This document shows, piece after piece, positions 17,826-27,631 of a stretch of 32,000 nucleotides of DNA. The translations under genes were made by a program, and so were the position numbers. Each line of letters starts with the position of its first letter. Position 1 is the stretch's first letter. Source of the stretch: Candidatus Nitrosopumilus koreensis AR1 (lineage in GTDB: Archaea; Thermoproteota; Nitrososphaeria; Nitrososphaerales; Nitrosopumilaceae); the NCBI RefSeq assembly GCF_000299365.1, contig NC_018655.1:810001-842000 (forward strand), given 5' to 3'. The notes beneath the pieces are model-generated. The model saw only the letters and a list, made by a program, of their open reading frames with translations, had not been told where the DNA came from and did not search any database.

Positions 17826-19106
17826 ATGGGCAAAATAGAGATAGAAAAACAAGATTCTGTTAAAATATACAAAATTAGAAAAACATTAGAAGAACTTTCA
17901 AACAAATCGGGTCGAGGAACAGAATTAATCACAGTATACATACCTAAAGGAAAACAACTTCATGAAATTATTGGATCACTTCAACAAGAACAAGGTACTG
18001 CAGATAATATCAAATCAGATCTTACCAGATCACATGTAGTAGATTCTTTAGGAAAAGTAATTCAAAGACTAAAACTATACAAAAAAACTCCTGAAAGAGG
18101 ATTAGTAATGTTCTGTGGGGCATTACCGCCAGAGGAAGGTGGCCCATTAGGAAGTGAAGTCGTCAAAGTTTGGGAAATAGATCCTCCAAAAGATTTGAAT
18201 CAATATCTCTACAGATGTGATGATCATTTTCATGTAGACATTCTAAAAGATATGCTCAAAGATGACAACCTAATTGGGTTTTTAGCAATTGACGCAAAAG
18301 ATGCAGGGTGGGGATTATTACATGGAGATAAAATCGAAGTGTTGGCCCAAACAGGTTCAGGCGTTGCAGGAAAACACAGACAGGGAGGACAATCTGCAAA
18401 AAGATTTCAGAAATTAAGAGAGATGGAATTGACATATTACTTTAACAGAGTGGCACAAACAACAAGAGAGTATTTTATCGACATCTATCCAGTAAAAGGA
18501 TTAATCATTTCAGGTCCAGGACCTACAAAAGAAGATTTCATCAATGGAAATTATCTTGAATATAGATTACAAAATAACATTATTGCAACAATCGACTCAT
18601 CGTATTCAGGTTCAGAAGGCATAAGAGAGGCTTTTGCAAAATCTTCAGATATTTTAGGTAATTTCAGACTAGTTGAAGAGAAGAAATTGGTAGAAGATTT
18701 ATTCAGAGAAATTAACGGAAATACTGGAAAAGGGTCATATGGATTGCAAGAAGTAATTGATTTTCTAAAAAACAACGTAGTTGAAACTTTGATCATCACA
18801 GACAACACAAATTTGAGTAGAGTGGAGGGTAAATGCAAACGATGTAAACATCTACAAGAAGATATTGTTGAAAGACCAGATGTAATTCCAAAAATGACAG
18901 AGTATTCTAGCAATCCTTGTCCTAGTTGTAAAGCCATGGAAGTTGAGGTAAACGAGCAAGATATTGTAGATTATTTAGAATTGTTAGCATCAAAAACTGG
19001 TTCAAAGTTAGAAGTGGTTTCAGGAAGTGCAGAGCATGGAAATATGCTTGCAAGTCTTGGAAAAATTGGTGCGATTTTAAGGTATAATCCAGGACACACT
19101 AAATAG
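17826..19106 (+). CDS. prf1: archaeal peptide chain release factor 1 (aRF1)
   Basis: ADNIKS, GKHRQGGQSAKRFQKLRE (GGQ motif), ISGPGPTKEDF; C-terminal zinc-binding CKRCKH...CPSC. Confidence 0.97.
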   Translation: MGKIEIEKQDSVKIYKIRKTLEELSNKSGRGTELITVYIPKGKQLHEIIGSLQQEQGTADNIKSDLTRSHVVDSLGKVIQRLKLYKKTPERGLVMFCGALPPEEGGPLGSEVVKVWEIDPPKDLNQYLYRCDDHFHVDILKDMLKDDNLIGFLAIDAKDAGWGLLHGDKIEVLAQTGSGVAGKHRQGGQSAKRFQKLREMELTYYFNRVAQTTREYFIDIYPVKGLIISGPGPTKEDFINGNYLEYRLQNNIIATIDSSYSGSEGIREAFAKSSDILGNFRLVEEKKLVEDLFREINGNTGKGSYGLQEVIDFLKNNVVETLIITDNTNLSRVEGKCKRCKHLQEDIVERPDVIPKMTEYSSNPCPSCKAMEVEVNEQDIVDYLELLASKTGSKLEVVSGSAEHGNMLASLGKIGAILRYNPGHTK

Positions 19107-19503
19107 CACTACGAATTTTTTTTGCCAGTTCTGAGAGTTCATCATCATTTGAGATTTGTCGTTTTGTCCAAACAGTTCCTTTATGATTATATCGTGGGAT
19201 GATGTGAATATGAACATGTGGAATTATTTGTTTTGCAGCACGACCATTGTTTTGACCAAGACTGAATGCATCAGCTCCAGTGGCAGTTAGTATAGCTTTT
19301 GCAATCTTTGGAACTAGCGAGAAAACTTTTCCAACATCTTCAGGTTTCATATCAGTAATGCGTTCATGATGTTCCCGAGGAATTACCAAACTATGACCAA
19401 CATCAATAGGATATTTGTCCAAAAATGATACATGAGAGTCATCCTCATACAAAAAATGGCCATCTATCTTTCCATCTAAAATATTACAAAAAATACAAGT
19501 CAT
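19099..19503 (-). CDS. HIT family protein
   Basis: CIFCNILDGKI; histidine triad HVHIHIIPRY. Confidence 0.95.
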   Translation of the reverse strand: MTCIFCNILDGKIDGHFLYEDDSHVSFLDKYPIDVGHSLVIPREHHERITDMKPEDVGKVFSLVPKIAKAILTATGADAFSLGQNNGRAAKQIIPHVHIHIIPRYNHKGTVWTKRQISNDDELSELAKKIRSAI

Positions 19504-19611
19504 AAATTCAGCAGTGTATGATTTTATTTATTATTTTTTAGAAAAGTATTCTTTGAAAATACAAGTTTATCGAATGGTTAATTAGGGCAAATTTCAGAGT
19601 TTGAACATCCT

Positions 19612-20211
19612 ATGGGCAGAAAAGAGAGAAGAGCACGTGAACAAAAACGTGAAAACTACGCTACAAAACATTCAGCTGAACAAAGAAAAAATACGTTAAT
19701 TGCAGTTGGGGTTTTGGCAGTAATTGCAGTAATTGTAGGATATGCTGCATGGATGTTTGCTACAATGGATCAAAGTACTGCCCCAGGAGGACCAGAAAAT
19801 GCAGGAGCATTAGGAAGTGATCATGCACATGCTGCAATTTTAGTAAAGATATTTGGCGATGAATTTGATTTTTCAGCTCCAGCATATCAAATTAAATCAA
19901 GTTGGATTCATTTTGAAGGAAGAGACGGCTCCACAGTACACAAACATGCAACAGGAGTCACTCTAGGATATCTATTTGAAACACTATCGTTAGGTCTTGA
20001 TGATCAATGCTTTGTATTCCAAGATGGCCGAGAGTTTTGTACAAACGAAGATTATTCTCTAAAATTCTACTATAATGGAGAACAGGTTTCAGATATCAGA
20101 GACATTGAAATTATGGAAGATGACAGAATTTTGATTTCATATGGTGGAGAGACACCTGAAGAAATTGAAGGACAGTTAATTGAATTAGAAAATCAAGAGA
20201 TAGTAAAATAA
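19612..20211 (+). CDS. membrane-anchored extracytoplasmic protein with conserved-looking His/Cys residues
   Basis: Basic N-terminus then TM helix TLIAVGVLAVIAVIVGYAAWMF; extracytoplasmic SDHAHAAI, VHKHATG, DDQCFVFQDGREFCTN. Confidence 0.8.
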   Translation: MGRKERRAREQKRENYATKHSAEQRKNTLIAVGVLAVIAVIVGYAAWMFATMDQSTAPGGPENAGALGSDHAHAAILVKIFGDEFDFSAPAYQIKSSWIHFEGRDGSTVHKHATGVTLGYLFETLSLGLDDQCFVFQDGREFCTNEDYSLKFYYNGEQVSDIRDIEIMEDDRILISYGGETPEEIEGQLIELENQEIVK

Positions 20212-20215
20212 AATC

Positions 20216-20419
20216 TTAGTCTTCTTTTGTTGTAAACTGTGCCATTTTATCAAAGAACATGTAAAAACCACAGCGAGTACATCTTAGTACAGTTAATTCA
20301 GTTGTAAGAAATTCTTTGTCCTCAAACCTACCACTAAGTTTTACATTTTCACCTGCAATTTCGGCTTTGTTACTTTTGCAAACAGGACATTCAAGTGCTT
20401 TTTGCTCCATGTGATTCAA
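20216..20419 (-). CDS. small zinc-ribbon-like protein
   Basis: Two CxxC pairs: ECPVCKSN ... RCTRCGFYMFF. Confidence 0.8.
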   Translation of the reverse strand: MNHMEQKALECPVCKSNKAEIAGENVKLSGRFEDKEFLTTELTVLRCTRCGFYMFFDKMAQFTTKED

Positions 20420-20507
20420 GCAAATATTTACAATTTAAACTCAATGAAAGTTTTTGAATCGATATTTTCAACAAAGTCTAAATTATAGCAATCAAGAATT
20501 CCATATC

Positions 20508-22184
20508 ATGGAGGGAATCTCTAGTAGGAATGTGGTAGAAGGAACTTCTCGTGCACCACAAAGAGCAATGTACAAAGCTATGGGATTAGATGACAATGAT
20601 TTGTCAAAACAAATGATTGGTGTATGTCACACGGGAAATGAAGCAACACCTTGCAACATTCACCTTCCTAGATTAGCACTTAAAGCAAAAGAAGGTGTTT
20701 CAGATACAGGAGCAACACCAAGAGAGTTTTCAACAATTGCAGTAAGTGATGGAATTGCAATGGGACATGAAGGAATGAAATCCTCATTGGTTTCTCGCGA
20801 AATTATTGCAGATTCTATTGAATTAATGGTTAGAGCACATCAATACGACGCACTAGTAGGAATTGCAGGATGTGACAAAAGTCTTCCAGGCACTATGATG
20901 GCAATGGCAAGATTAAACATTCCATCAGTGTTTGTTTATGGAGGAACCATCATGCCAGGAATGCTAGATGGAAAAGAGCTTACAGTAGTAGATGTCTATG
21001 AAGCAGTTGGAGCATACGATTCAGGTCAATTATCATTAGAAGGTCTTAAAAATATTGAAAATACTGCGTGTCCAAATGAAGGATCATGCGGAGGAATGTT
21101 TACTGCCAACACAATGGCATCAATTTCAGAAGCTATCGGTCTTGCATTGCCAGGTAGTGCTAGCCCTCCAGCAGAAGACGATAGAAGAGAAAAGATGGTG
21201 TATGATACAGGAGTAGCATGTGCAAAATTATTACAGATGGGCATTAGACCTAAAGAAATTCTCACTTTTGAGGCATTTGAAAATGCAATAACTATGTTAA
21301 ATTCAGTTGGCGGTTCAACAAATGGAATTTTACATTTACTAGCACTTGCAAACGAAGTAGATATCAAATTAACATATGATGATTTTGAGAGAGTTAGGAA
21401 AAAAACACCACATCTAGCAGATATGAAACCTGGTGGAAATTATGTAATGAATTCACTTGATAAAATTGGCGGAATTCCATTTGTGTTAAAGAAATTACTT
21501 GACAAAGGATTGTTACATGAAAATTGCATTACAGTAACTGGAAAAACAATCAAAGAAAATTTGAATTCAATGGATCTGCCAAAAACAGACCAACAGATTG
21601 TAAGACCAATTGAAAACCCCATACACACAGTAGGAACTGCCGTAATCCTCAAAGGCTCACTTGCACCAGAAGGAGCAGTAATCAAAACGGCAGGAGTAGA
21701 AATGACGAAGTTTACAGGAAAAGCACGTGTGTTTGACAGAGAGGAATTTGCTTTTGAGGCTGTAAAAAGAGGTGAGATTGACGAAGGCCATGTAGTTGTA
21801 ATCAGATATGAAGGACCAAAAGGAGGTCCAGGAATGAGAGAAATGTTAGCCACAACTGCTGCATTAGTAGGTCAAGGATTGGGCAAAAAAGTTGCAATGG
21901 TAACAGATGGACGATTCTCAGGAGGAACTAGAGGATTCATGGTAGGCCATGTAGCACCTGAAGCATACGTAGGAGGACCAATAGCACTTGTAAAAAATGA
22001 TGATGAAATCACAATAGATACAGAAACCAATGTAATTGATCTTCATGTGTCATCTGAAGAACTAGAAAACAGAAGAAAGCAATGGACACCACCAAAACCA
22101 AATTACACAACAGGCGCTTTGGCAAAATTTGCAACACTTGTAGGTTCTGCTGCAGAAGGCGCAATAACAAAAGCTAACCCATAG
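20508..22184 (+). CDS. ilvD: dihydroxy-acid dehydratase
   Basis: [59 protein letters not shown]. Start MEGISSRN chosen over track start 20454. Confidence 0.96.
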   Translation: MEGISSRNVVEGTSRAPQRAMYKAMGLDDNDLSKQMIGVCHTGNEATPCNIHLPRLALKAKEGVSDTGATPREFSTIAVSDGIAMGHEGMKSSLVSREIIADSIELMVRAHQYDALVGIAGCDKSLPGTMMAMARLNIPSVFVYGGTIMPGMLDGKELTVVDVYEAVGAYDSGQLSLEGLKNIENTACPNEGSCGGMFTANTMASISEAIGLALPGSASPPAEDDRREKMVYDTGVACAKLLQMGIRPKEILTFEAFENAITMLNSVGGSTNGILHLLALANEVDIKLTYDDFERVRKKTPHLADMKPGGNYVMNSLDKIGGIPFVLKKLLDKGLLHENCITVTGKTIKENLNSMDLPKTDQQIVRPIENPIHTVGTAVILKGSLAPEGAVIKTAGVEMTKFTGKARVFDREEFAFEAVKRGEIDEGHVVVIRYEGPKGGPGMREMLATTAALVGQGLGKKVAMVTDGRFSGGTRGFMVGHVAPEAYVGGPIALVKNDDEITIDTETNVIDLHVSSEELENRRKQWTPPKPNYTTGALAKFATLVGSAAEGAITKANP

Positions 22185-22749
22185 AAAGTTTCTTAAAATC
22201 CAATTTTTCTTGTTCTGTCACATATATCTCCAATAATGTTTTCCATGCTTTTTGAAAATCAGTTCTGAATTTTTTAAAGCCAGACATAGAAGATAAAGAA
22301 ACCTTAGATTTTGGATGATATGTCACTTCATCTAAAGAAATACAATGAACAGTATCATTTCTTACTTCAAATAATCTTGACATGTCTCGGGTAAATTCAG
22401 GTCCAAATACTTTCCAATCAAGAAATGTTCTAATTTTTCTATTTATCGGAACAAGATTAAGAAGATAAAGCAGTTCAGAACTGTCACTTTCATTTGAATG
22501 CCCCACTATTCTCAATCTAATGAGTTCATCAAACAAAAAGGCCATTTTTGAAAAGGCAGATAAAACACTATCTCGATTGTTTGCAATAGTCAATTTAGGG
22601 CTAAATCCATTTTTGAGAGTTCCTGCATTAATGAAATAATGTTTGTCTTTGTCAATTAGATATAATCGAATTTTTGGAGAGATGTTTTTGTTTTTTTTAG
22701 TAAATGCCAAAAAATCTGAAACACTCATGTGGCAACAAAATGACATCAA
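22174..22749 (-). CDS. hypothetical protein (191 aa)
   Basis: Long ORF with sensible composition, tail-to-tail with ilvD; no family recognised. Confidence 0.65.
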   Translation of the reverse strand: MMSFCCHMSVSDFLAFTKKNKNISPKIRLYLIDKDKHYFINAGTLKNGFSPKLTIANNRDSVLSAFSKMAFLFDELIRLRIVGHSNESDSSELLYLLNLVPINRKIRTFLDWKVFGPEFTRDMSRLFEVRNDTVHCISLDEVTYHPKSKVSLSSMSGFKKFRTDFQKAWKTLLEIYVTEQEKLDFKKLSMG

Positions 22750-22883
22750 TCAATTAAGGATTTGGTAGATTTTCAAGAAAAATGATCAATTTGTCCACAA
22801 TCTTTATAGATCATCGATCATAAATCATCATAGAGATAACAGAGAAGAAAATGAAATTATCCTTATTGAATTACTGTTATCTA

Positions 22884-24572
22884 CTACAGGTTTTCAATGC
22901 CTAAGACATCATGGTACGATTTTGGAATCATCCGTTGTGCCTTGAAAAAGACGTTATTTGCAGCAGCATCAAGCACATAGGTTTTAGCCCAATCATCCTC
23001 ACTACGTATAGAACGCCCAAATCCCTGAAGTAATTTTGTAAGCGTTTGAGAAGTGTACCAAAGAGGGAATTTATCCATCTTAGCCCTAGTTCGTTTTTCT
23101 TTGTAGTTAGGATAAGGAACCTTTGCAATAATCTGGAAACGAGAAAGGTCATCTTTTAGATCAACACCTTCCCAAAGAGAAGAAGAAAGCAAGACTCCAG
23201 TAGGATCAGATGCATGTTCAGAGATAACCTCATCTTGAGTTTTTCCATCTTTGTTTTTACTATGACAAATACGAATTCTTTTTGTATTTTTTGGAGAGAG
23301 ATATCTTAGGATTTTTTGACATCTAGGAATAGAAGATGTAAGAATTAGTCCACGTTCATTAGAATGTTCATCTAAAATTCGATCAATTGTTTTGATTACT
23401 TCTAATTCATCTTCTTCAGTTGAACCGTAGCTTAATCTTCTAATATTTAGCAAATCAATGGTTCTATGTTCAATTGGAAAAGGAGACTTGGGAGTATCAA
23501 CAAATGCAATGTTGTCTTGGTCCAATCCCATATTCTCACAGAAACTTTGTTTATCAATTGTAGCAGACATGAAAATTTGGTATTCTGTTTCAAAAAACGT
23601 ATTTGTGAATTTTGAAACATCAATAGGTTTTACAGATATTGTTCTAAAGTTTCCATTCAAATCACGAACAGGATCACTGACAACAAAGTTATCTTTGTCA
23701 GAGGTAATGTCAATTTTTGCCTGTGCTGCTCGGTCGTAACGTCTCTCCAATCTTGAGAGCAATTCATAATCAGGGTTATTTTCAAATGCAGGACTCTCTT
23801 TGAGGTCTTTGATTTTTTTTGCATAAGAATATGCAATATCATCAGTCAAGTTTACCATAGAATCCAAATCTGTGAAATCATATTTGTCAGTGCTAAGATT
23901 GCATTCATCTACTTGCCCACTGAAGATATCAAATCCTACAAATTGAATAATCTGATCTTCAATTTTATGTGCCTCATCAAAAACAGACACTTTCCTATCC
24001 AGATAATCTTCAAATAATTTCTTGTTAAATTTCATAATTTGGAAAAAAGCATGATAATTCCAAAGAGAGTGTTTTGAGACCAAAGCATCATATTTTTGAA
24101 GATAGTAATGGCAAGAGTTAGAATCCTGAGTATTCTCCTCGACCTGTTTTATAGTAGGTTTGAATTTACAAATCTCAACTACTTCTTTGCCATTTTTACT
24201 GGTCCTTTCCTGACATTCTCCCTTCTCACAAGTTAATCCCCATCTCATTGCTCTTCTGGAGTTATCCACTTTTTCAGCAGACATCAGTTTCAGGCAAGGG
24301 AAGTTTTGTTTACCTTTTACAGGTTTAAGAAAAGGAATGTCCTTGATGTATTGATCTTGCAAATGTTTTGATGCAGTCACTGTAAATGAACTGTCAAAAT
24401 ACTTTGAGATGGTTGCCCCAACCAGAGACTTTCCAACCCCAGTAGGCGCACATAAAATGATTTTTTTATATCCTGAATTGAACCGCTCTTCAATGTCAGA
24501 CAGTATTTCTTTTTGAATATTTCGGGGGACAAATTGCTGAGGAAATTTTTCTAAAAGAGGCAGGATTAACCA
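22884..24572 (-). CDS. XPD/DinG-like superfamily 2 helicase; 5' end appears frameshifted or has a non-canonical start
   Basis: Track ORF starts at GTG 24380, but Walker A (CAPTGVGKS) lies in the same frame upstream (about 24420-24452). Also VFDEAHKIEDQI (DEAH), SSSLWEGVDL, QGFGRSIRSEDDWA. Confidence 0.88.
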   Translation of the reverse strand, partial: WLILPLLEKFPQQFVPRNIQKEILSDIEERFNSGYKKIILCAPTGVGKSLVGATISKYFDSSFTVTASKHLQDQYIKDIPFLKPVKGKQNFPCLKLMSAEKVDNSRRAMRWGLTCEKGECQERTSKNGKEVVEICKFKPTIKQVEENTQDSNSCHYYLQKYDALVSKHSLWNYHAFFQIMKFNKKLFEDYLDRKVSVFDEAHKIEDQIIQFVGFDIFSGQVDECNLSTDKYDFTDLDSMVNLTDDIAYSYAKKIKDLKESPAFENNPDYELLSRLERRYDRAAQAKIDITSDKDNFVVSDPVRDLNGNFRTISVKPIDVSKFTNTFFETEYQIFMSATIDKQSFCENMGLDQDNIAFVDTPKSPFPIEHRTIDLLNIRRLSYGSTEEDELEVIKTIDRILDEHSNERGLILTSSIPRCQKILRYLSPKNTKRIRICHSKNKDGKTQDEVISEHASDPTGVLLSSSLWEGVDLKDDLSRFQIIAKVPYPNYKEKRTRAKMDKFPLWYTSQTLTKLLQGFGRSIRSEDDWAKTYVLDAAANNVFFKAQRMIPKSYHDVLGIENL

Positions 24573-24662
24573 TAATTTTCCTTTATATTAAAAGCATGAA
24601 GGTTCTTGTAATATCAAAATCATTGTAAACTAGTTTAATATCTAGTAAATACAACATAGATC

Positions 24663-24980
24663 ATGGAATTATTAGAAGACAAGATGAGAGTTTGGTTGGA
24701 AAGTGCAAAATTTGTCAAACCAAGCCCAGGAGTATATGTCCTATACAATAGAAGTAAGTATCCAATATACATTGGAGAAACAAGCAACTTGGAAAAAACA
24801 TTTACAACATATGTAGATACAGATTTTGAAAATAACGAATGTAAACAGAAAACACATTTTTACCAAAGAGTATTTTCAGATAATCCAAAAGAGCTACAAT
24901 TGCAAATAATGGAGCAATTCAAAAATGAAACAAATGAATTGCCCACATGTAATTCTGAAATCAAAGTAGAAACACCCTAA
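24663..24980 (+). CDS. divergent GIY-YIG-like small protein (105 aa)
   Basis: PGVYVLYNRSKYPIYIGETSNLEKTF resembles the GIY-x(10,11)-YIG core. Confidence 0.6.
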   Translation: MELLEDKMRVWLESAKFVKPSPGVYVLYNRSKYPIYIGETSNLEKTFTTYVDTDFENNECKQKTHFYQRVFSDNPKELQLQIMEQFKNETNELPTCNSEIKVETP

Positions 24981-25042
24981 ATTTCTTCACTGCATTGCAC
25001 TGAAGACCTACTGGATTAATAGAAAAATATGAATATCCCAAC

Positions 25043-25288
25043 ATGGGAAACGCGATGATTTATGCAGGTATTGCAATCGGAGTAGCTGCAATGGCCGGAA
25101 TAATGGTCTATGCACACGATAATCAAGCGAATTATCTTAGAGATGACGCAGTACTAGCACCAGCTGCAGAACAAGGCGCTTTTGCATCTGAAACAGGAAT
25201 GGTTCAATTGAACAAAGAACAATGGCATGAAGACCCATTCGGTGACAGGGCAGCTGAAGTGAGAGCAGCATATCAGTCTAGTGGTTAA
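25043..25288 (+). CDS. small single-TM protein (81 aa)
   Basis: MGNAMIYAGIAIGVAAMAGIMVYAHDNQ followed by a soluble tail. Confidence 0.65.
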   Translation: MGNAMIYAGIAIGVAAMAGIMVYAHDNQANYLRDDAVLAPAAEQGAFASETGMVQLNKEQWHEDPFGDRAAEVRAAYQSSG

Positions 25289-25381
25289 TCCACTAGATTC
25301 TTTTTATTTTCAATTTAACACACGAACAAATCAGCCATGCATTGGAGAAAACAATTAATCTAAGAATGCAGTAAATTAACA

Positions 25382-25513
25382 ATGCATCAATGCTATTACT
25401 GTGAACAAATTTTTGATACGAAAGAGGCACTGTATGATCATGTCGAAGTGCATTCAGACATAGAAAGGAATAAGGAAATACTAGATAGAAAAAAGAAAGC
25501 ACAAAAAAAGTAA
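25382..25513 (+). CDS. 43-aa C2H2 zinc-finger mini-protein (not in ORF track)
   Basis: MHQCYYCEQIFDTKEALYDHVEVHSDIERNKEILDRKKKAQKK; C-x2-C-x3-F-x5-L-x2-H-x3-H. Confidence 0.8.
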   Translation: MHQCYYCEQIFDTKEALYDHVEVHSDIERNKEILDRKKKAQKK

Positions 25514-25598
25514 TTTTAGGCTCAATTAAAAAAAATAGAGTAAAGGTAAGAAATAATCACATTCAGGTGGTGATATAACAACTTGGTTTTCAAAAAAT

Positions 25599-25865
25599 AT
25601 GGATTGGGTTGAGACATTATTAAGAAAATCATGCGACAGAACATTAACCAAAGAAGAAGTACTTCACAGCCTATTTCACATGATAGAAGTCAACGAAAAC
25701 ACTATGAACCAAATCCAATCAGACAAAAGAGATTTTGGTCCAGAGTTAGAAGAGTTAAAACAAACAGAGATTAGAGATTTAGATTTTCATTTAAAATACT
25801 ACCGAAGTTTGGTAAATTACATAAATTCAATTCAAGAAAACAAAATTTTTGAAAACCATCACTAA
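25599..25865 (+). CDS. hypothetical protein (88 aa)
   Basis: ORF with coherent composition; predicted helical. Confidence 0.65.
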   Translation: MDWVETLLRKSCDRTLTKEEVLHSLFHMIEVNENTMNQIQSDKRDFGPELEELKQTEIRDLDFHLKYYRSLVNYINSIQENKIFENHH

Positions 25866-25892
25866 GCATTTAGTAAAATATAGCCTCATAAT

Positions 25893-26432
25893 TTAGAGTT
25901 TCAATTGTTGAAAATGTAAATCATATTCAGACTGTTTTTCCAGATTATTTCCAAAGTCAGTTGTTTCATCATACTCTTGAATTCTTTTATCCAAGATTTT
26001 TTGTATTTTTTCAACTTCAAGGGAAATCATTTTTCCAGAGTCTTCCTTTGCAAATTGTTTTCTTTGCTCCTCATTTTTCCCTCGGGTAGGAAATTTCTTT
26101 CCTTCAAATTTCATTTGTAAACTTGAAATGTTTTGACGTCTAACCAGTTCTGCCAAATCAAAATGCCCTTGTTCATGTTTTAGCAACTGATCGTTTGCAT
26201 TTGAAACTCTAACAGAAGACAACAAAGGACAAAACTCAACAGAGATCTGAATATTTTTTATGAAAAACAATACATCATCACCTACTTTTTCAGAATCAAC
26301 TACCCAAGTAAACCCATATTTTATCACACTATGAGAATCTTCATAAGTTGCAGGATTATGTTCTGCTTTAAAATCAGACCATTGTAGAGAATAATCCTTA
26401 GACCAAGACAGAATCTCGTTTTCACTTACCAT
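25893..26432 (-). CDS. zincin-like protein, possibly DUF922-like (179 aa)
   Basis: LLKHEQGHFDLAELVRRQ (HExxH motif with HEQGHFDLAE); no signal peptide apparent. Confidence 0.7.
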   Translation of the reverse strand: MVSENEILSWSKDYSLQWSDFKAEHNPATYEDSHSVIKYGFTWVVDSEKVGDDVLFFIKNIQISVEFCPLLSSVRVSNANDQLLKHEQGHFDLAELVRRQNISSLQMKFEGKKFPTRGKNEEQRKQFAKEDSGKMISLEVEKIQKILDKRIQEYDETTDFGNNLEKQSEYDLHFQQLKL

Positions 26433-26473
26433 CTTAAAGATAATTTATGAATTTTAGAATAATTAGATTGTGA

Positions 26474-26791
26474 TTATGAACTCTTTCCATCACGCCCACT
26501 AAATTTTCCAATGGATTGAGATGTGTCAAATCCTAACCAAGTTTGGTTTTGAGATTCATGAAATTTTTGGTGTTCTATCAACTCAGAATCCCCCCAATCC
26601 CCATCATAAAGAAAAGAACATTTCTCACGATGATTGTTTTTCTGAATACCTTTACACGTAATTAACAAACAAACATCGTTGGATTTTAGAATTGAAAAAT
26701 TTTTTGTTAAAAGAGTGTGTTTGACGGCTAATGAATCTAGGGAATGGTCGGTTAAGGCAAACGTAGGAACGCCGTCAAACGGATGACTCAA
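26474..26791 (-). CDS. hypothetical protein (105 aa)
   Basis: ORF with C..C and H-x4-H-like ending (KCSFLYDGDWGDSELIEHQKFHES). Confidence 0.5.
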   Translation of the reverse strand: MSHPFDGVPTFALTDHSLDSLAVKHTLLTKNFSILKSNDVCLLITCKGIQKNNHREKCSFLYDGDWGDSELIEHQKFHESQNQTWLGFDTSQSIGKFSGRDGKSS

Positions 26792-26981
26792 TATTTCAAG
26801 GACATTTTAGACTAAAAGAAAGTGTATGTTTTTTTTGAACACACATCAAAAGGGATTCTCAGGCTCAAATTTACAAGTGAATAAGATCAACCCATTTTGA
26901 TCAAAATACAAGACATGTTTTATTTTAAGAATTTTTTTGAATACAAAGCATTACAAATATTGGAAGCAAGATGATTGCCTG

Positions 26982-27032
26982 TTTGATATCGGCCGTAACT
27001 CCCAAAGAGTCGATGCATAAAGATATCAAACT
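26982..27032. repeat. 10-bp perfect inverted repeat, 31-nt spacer
   Basis: GTTTGATATC (26982-26991) and GATATCAAAC (27023-27032). Confidence 0.6.
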
Positions 27033-27263
27033 TGCTTGCTTTCCAAATCCAAACTATTAATTTTAGAGAATTTTAACCACTAATATGAATAATAGATTCT
27101 ATGTATGCATGGGCATATCCATAGTTGCATTAGCAGTAGGATTCATAATTTTATTTAGTTAAGTTTGATTAGTTTTTTTAATAATACAAATCAATTTTTG
27201 TTTCGTTTTTTTATTTTATTGTTATTTTTACATACAAAACATTGCCACAGTTATAGCTGGATT

Positions 27264-27304
27264 GTTGATAATCGCACTAACGCATCACGGCATTGATTAT
27301 CAAC
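27264..27304. repeat. 10-bp perfect inverted repeat, 21-nt spacer, followed by T6 on the plus strand
   Basis: GTTGATAATC (27264-27273) and GATTATCAAC (27295-27304), then TTTTTT. Confidence 0.6.
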
Positions 27305-27322
27305 TTTTTTCTGTGGCCTAAA

Positions 27323-27583
27323 TTAGTTAGGATGAGAATTAGATGCATAATCAAATTTTTCTTGCTTAGAAAACAGTTCAAAATTATTTTTTTCCAAATC
27401 CATAATATCGTGAAATGCAGGACATGAATTATCAATTGAAAATAACTCTTGGCATTTAGGGCATTGTATAACTGCATGAATTCCCCAATCACATTCAATT
27501 TCATCAATGATTTCAAAATGAACAGACTCATTACAAATACATTTTATTGTATCTTGAAATTTTTGGCGGTTCATGAAAAACAA
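27323..27583 (-). CDS. small Cys-rich probable metal-binding protein (86 aa)
   Basis: KCICNE ... VIQCPKCQELFSIDNSCPAFH. Confidence 0.65.
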   Translation of the reverse strand: MFFMNRQKFQDTIKCICNESVHFEIIDEIECDWGIHAVIQCPKCQELFSIDNSCPAFHDIMDLEKNNFELFSKQEKFDYASNSHPN

Positions 27584-27631
27584 TTTCCAAAATCAAATAT
27601 AATTTATTAGTAATCAATAATTTAATGAAGT

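Noticed and set aside
18551-21853. Minus-strand ORFs 18551..18937, 21026..21367 and 21440..21853
   Set aside because: Opposite aRF1 and IlvD, both unambiguous.
27277-27531. Minus-strand 84-aa ORF and 27622..27807 minus 61-aa ORF
   Set aside because: They overlap better candidates (27323..27583 minus and 27632..27835 plus) that carry ordered Cys/His motifs.
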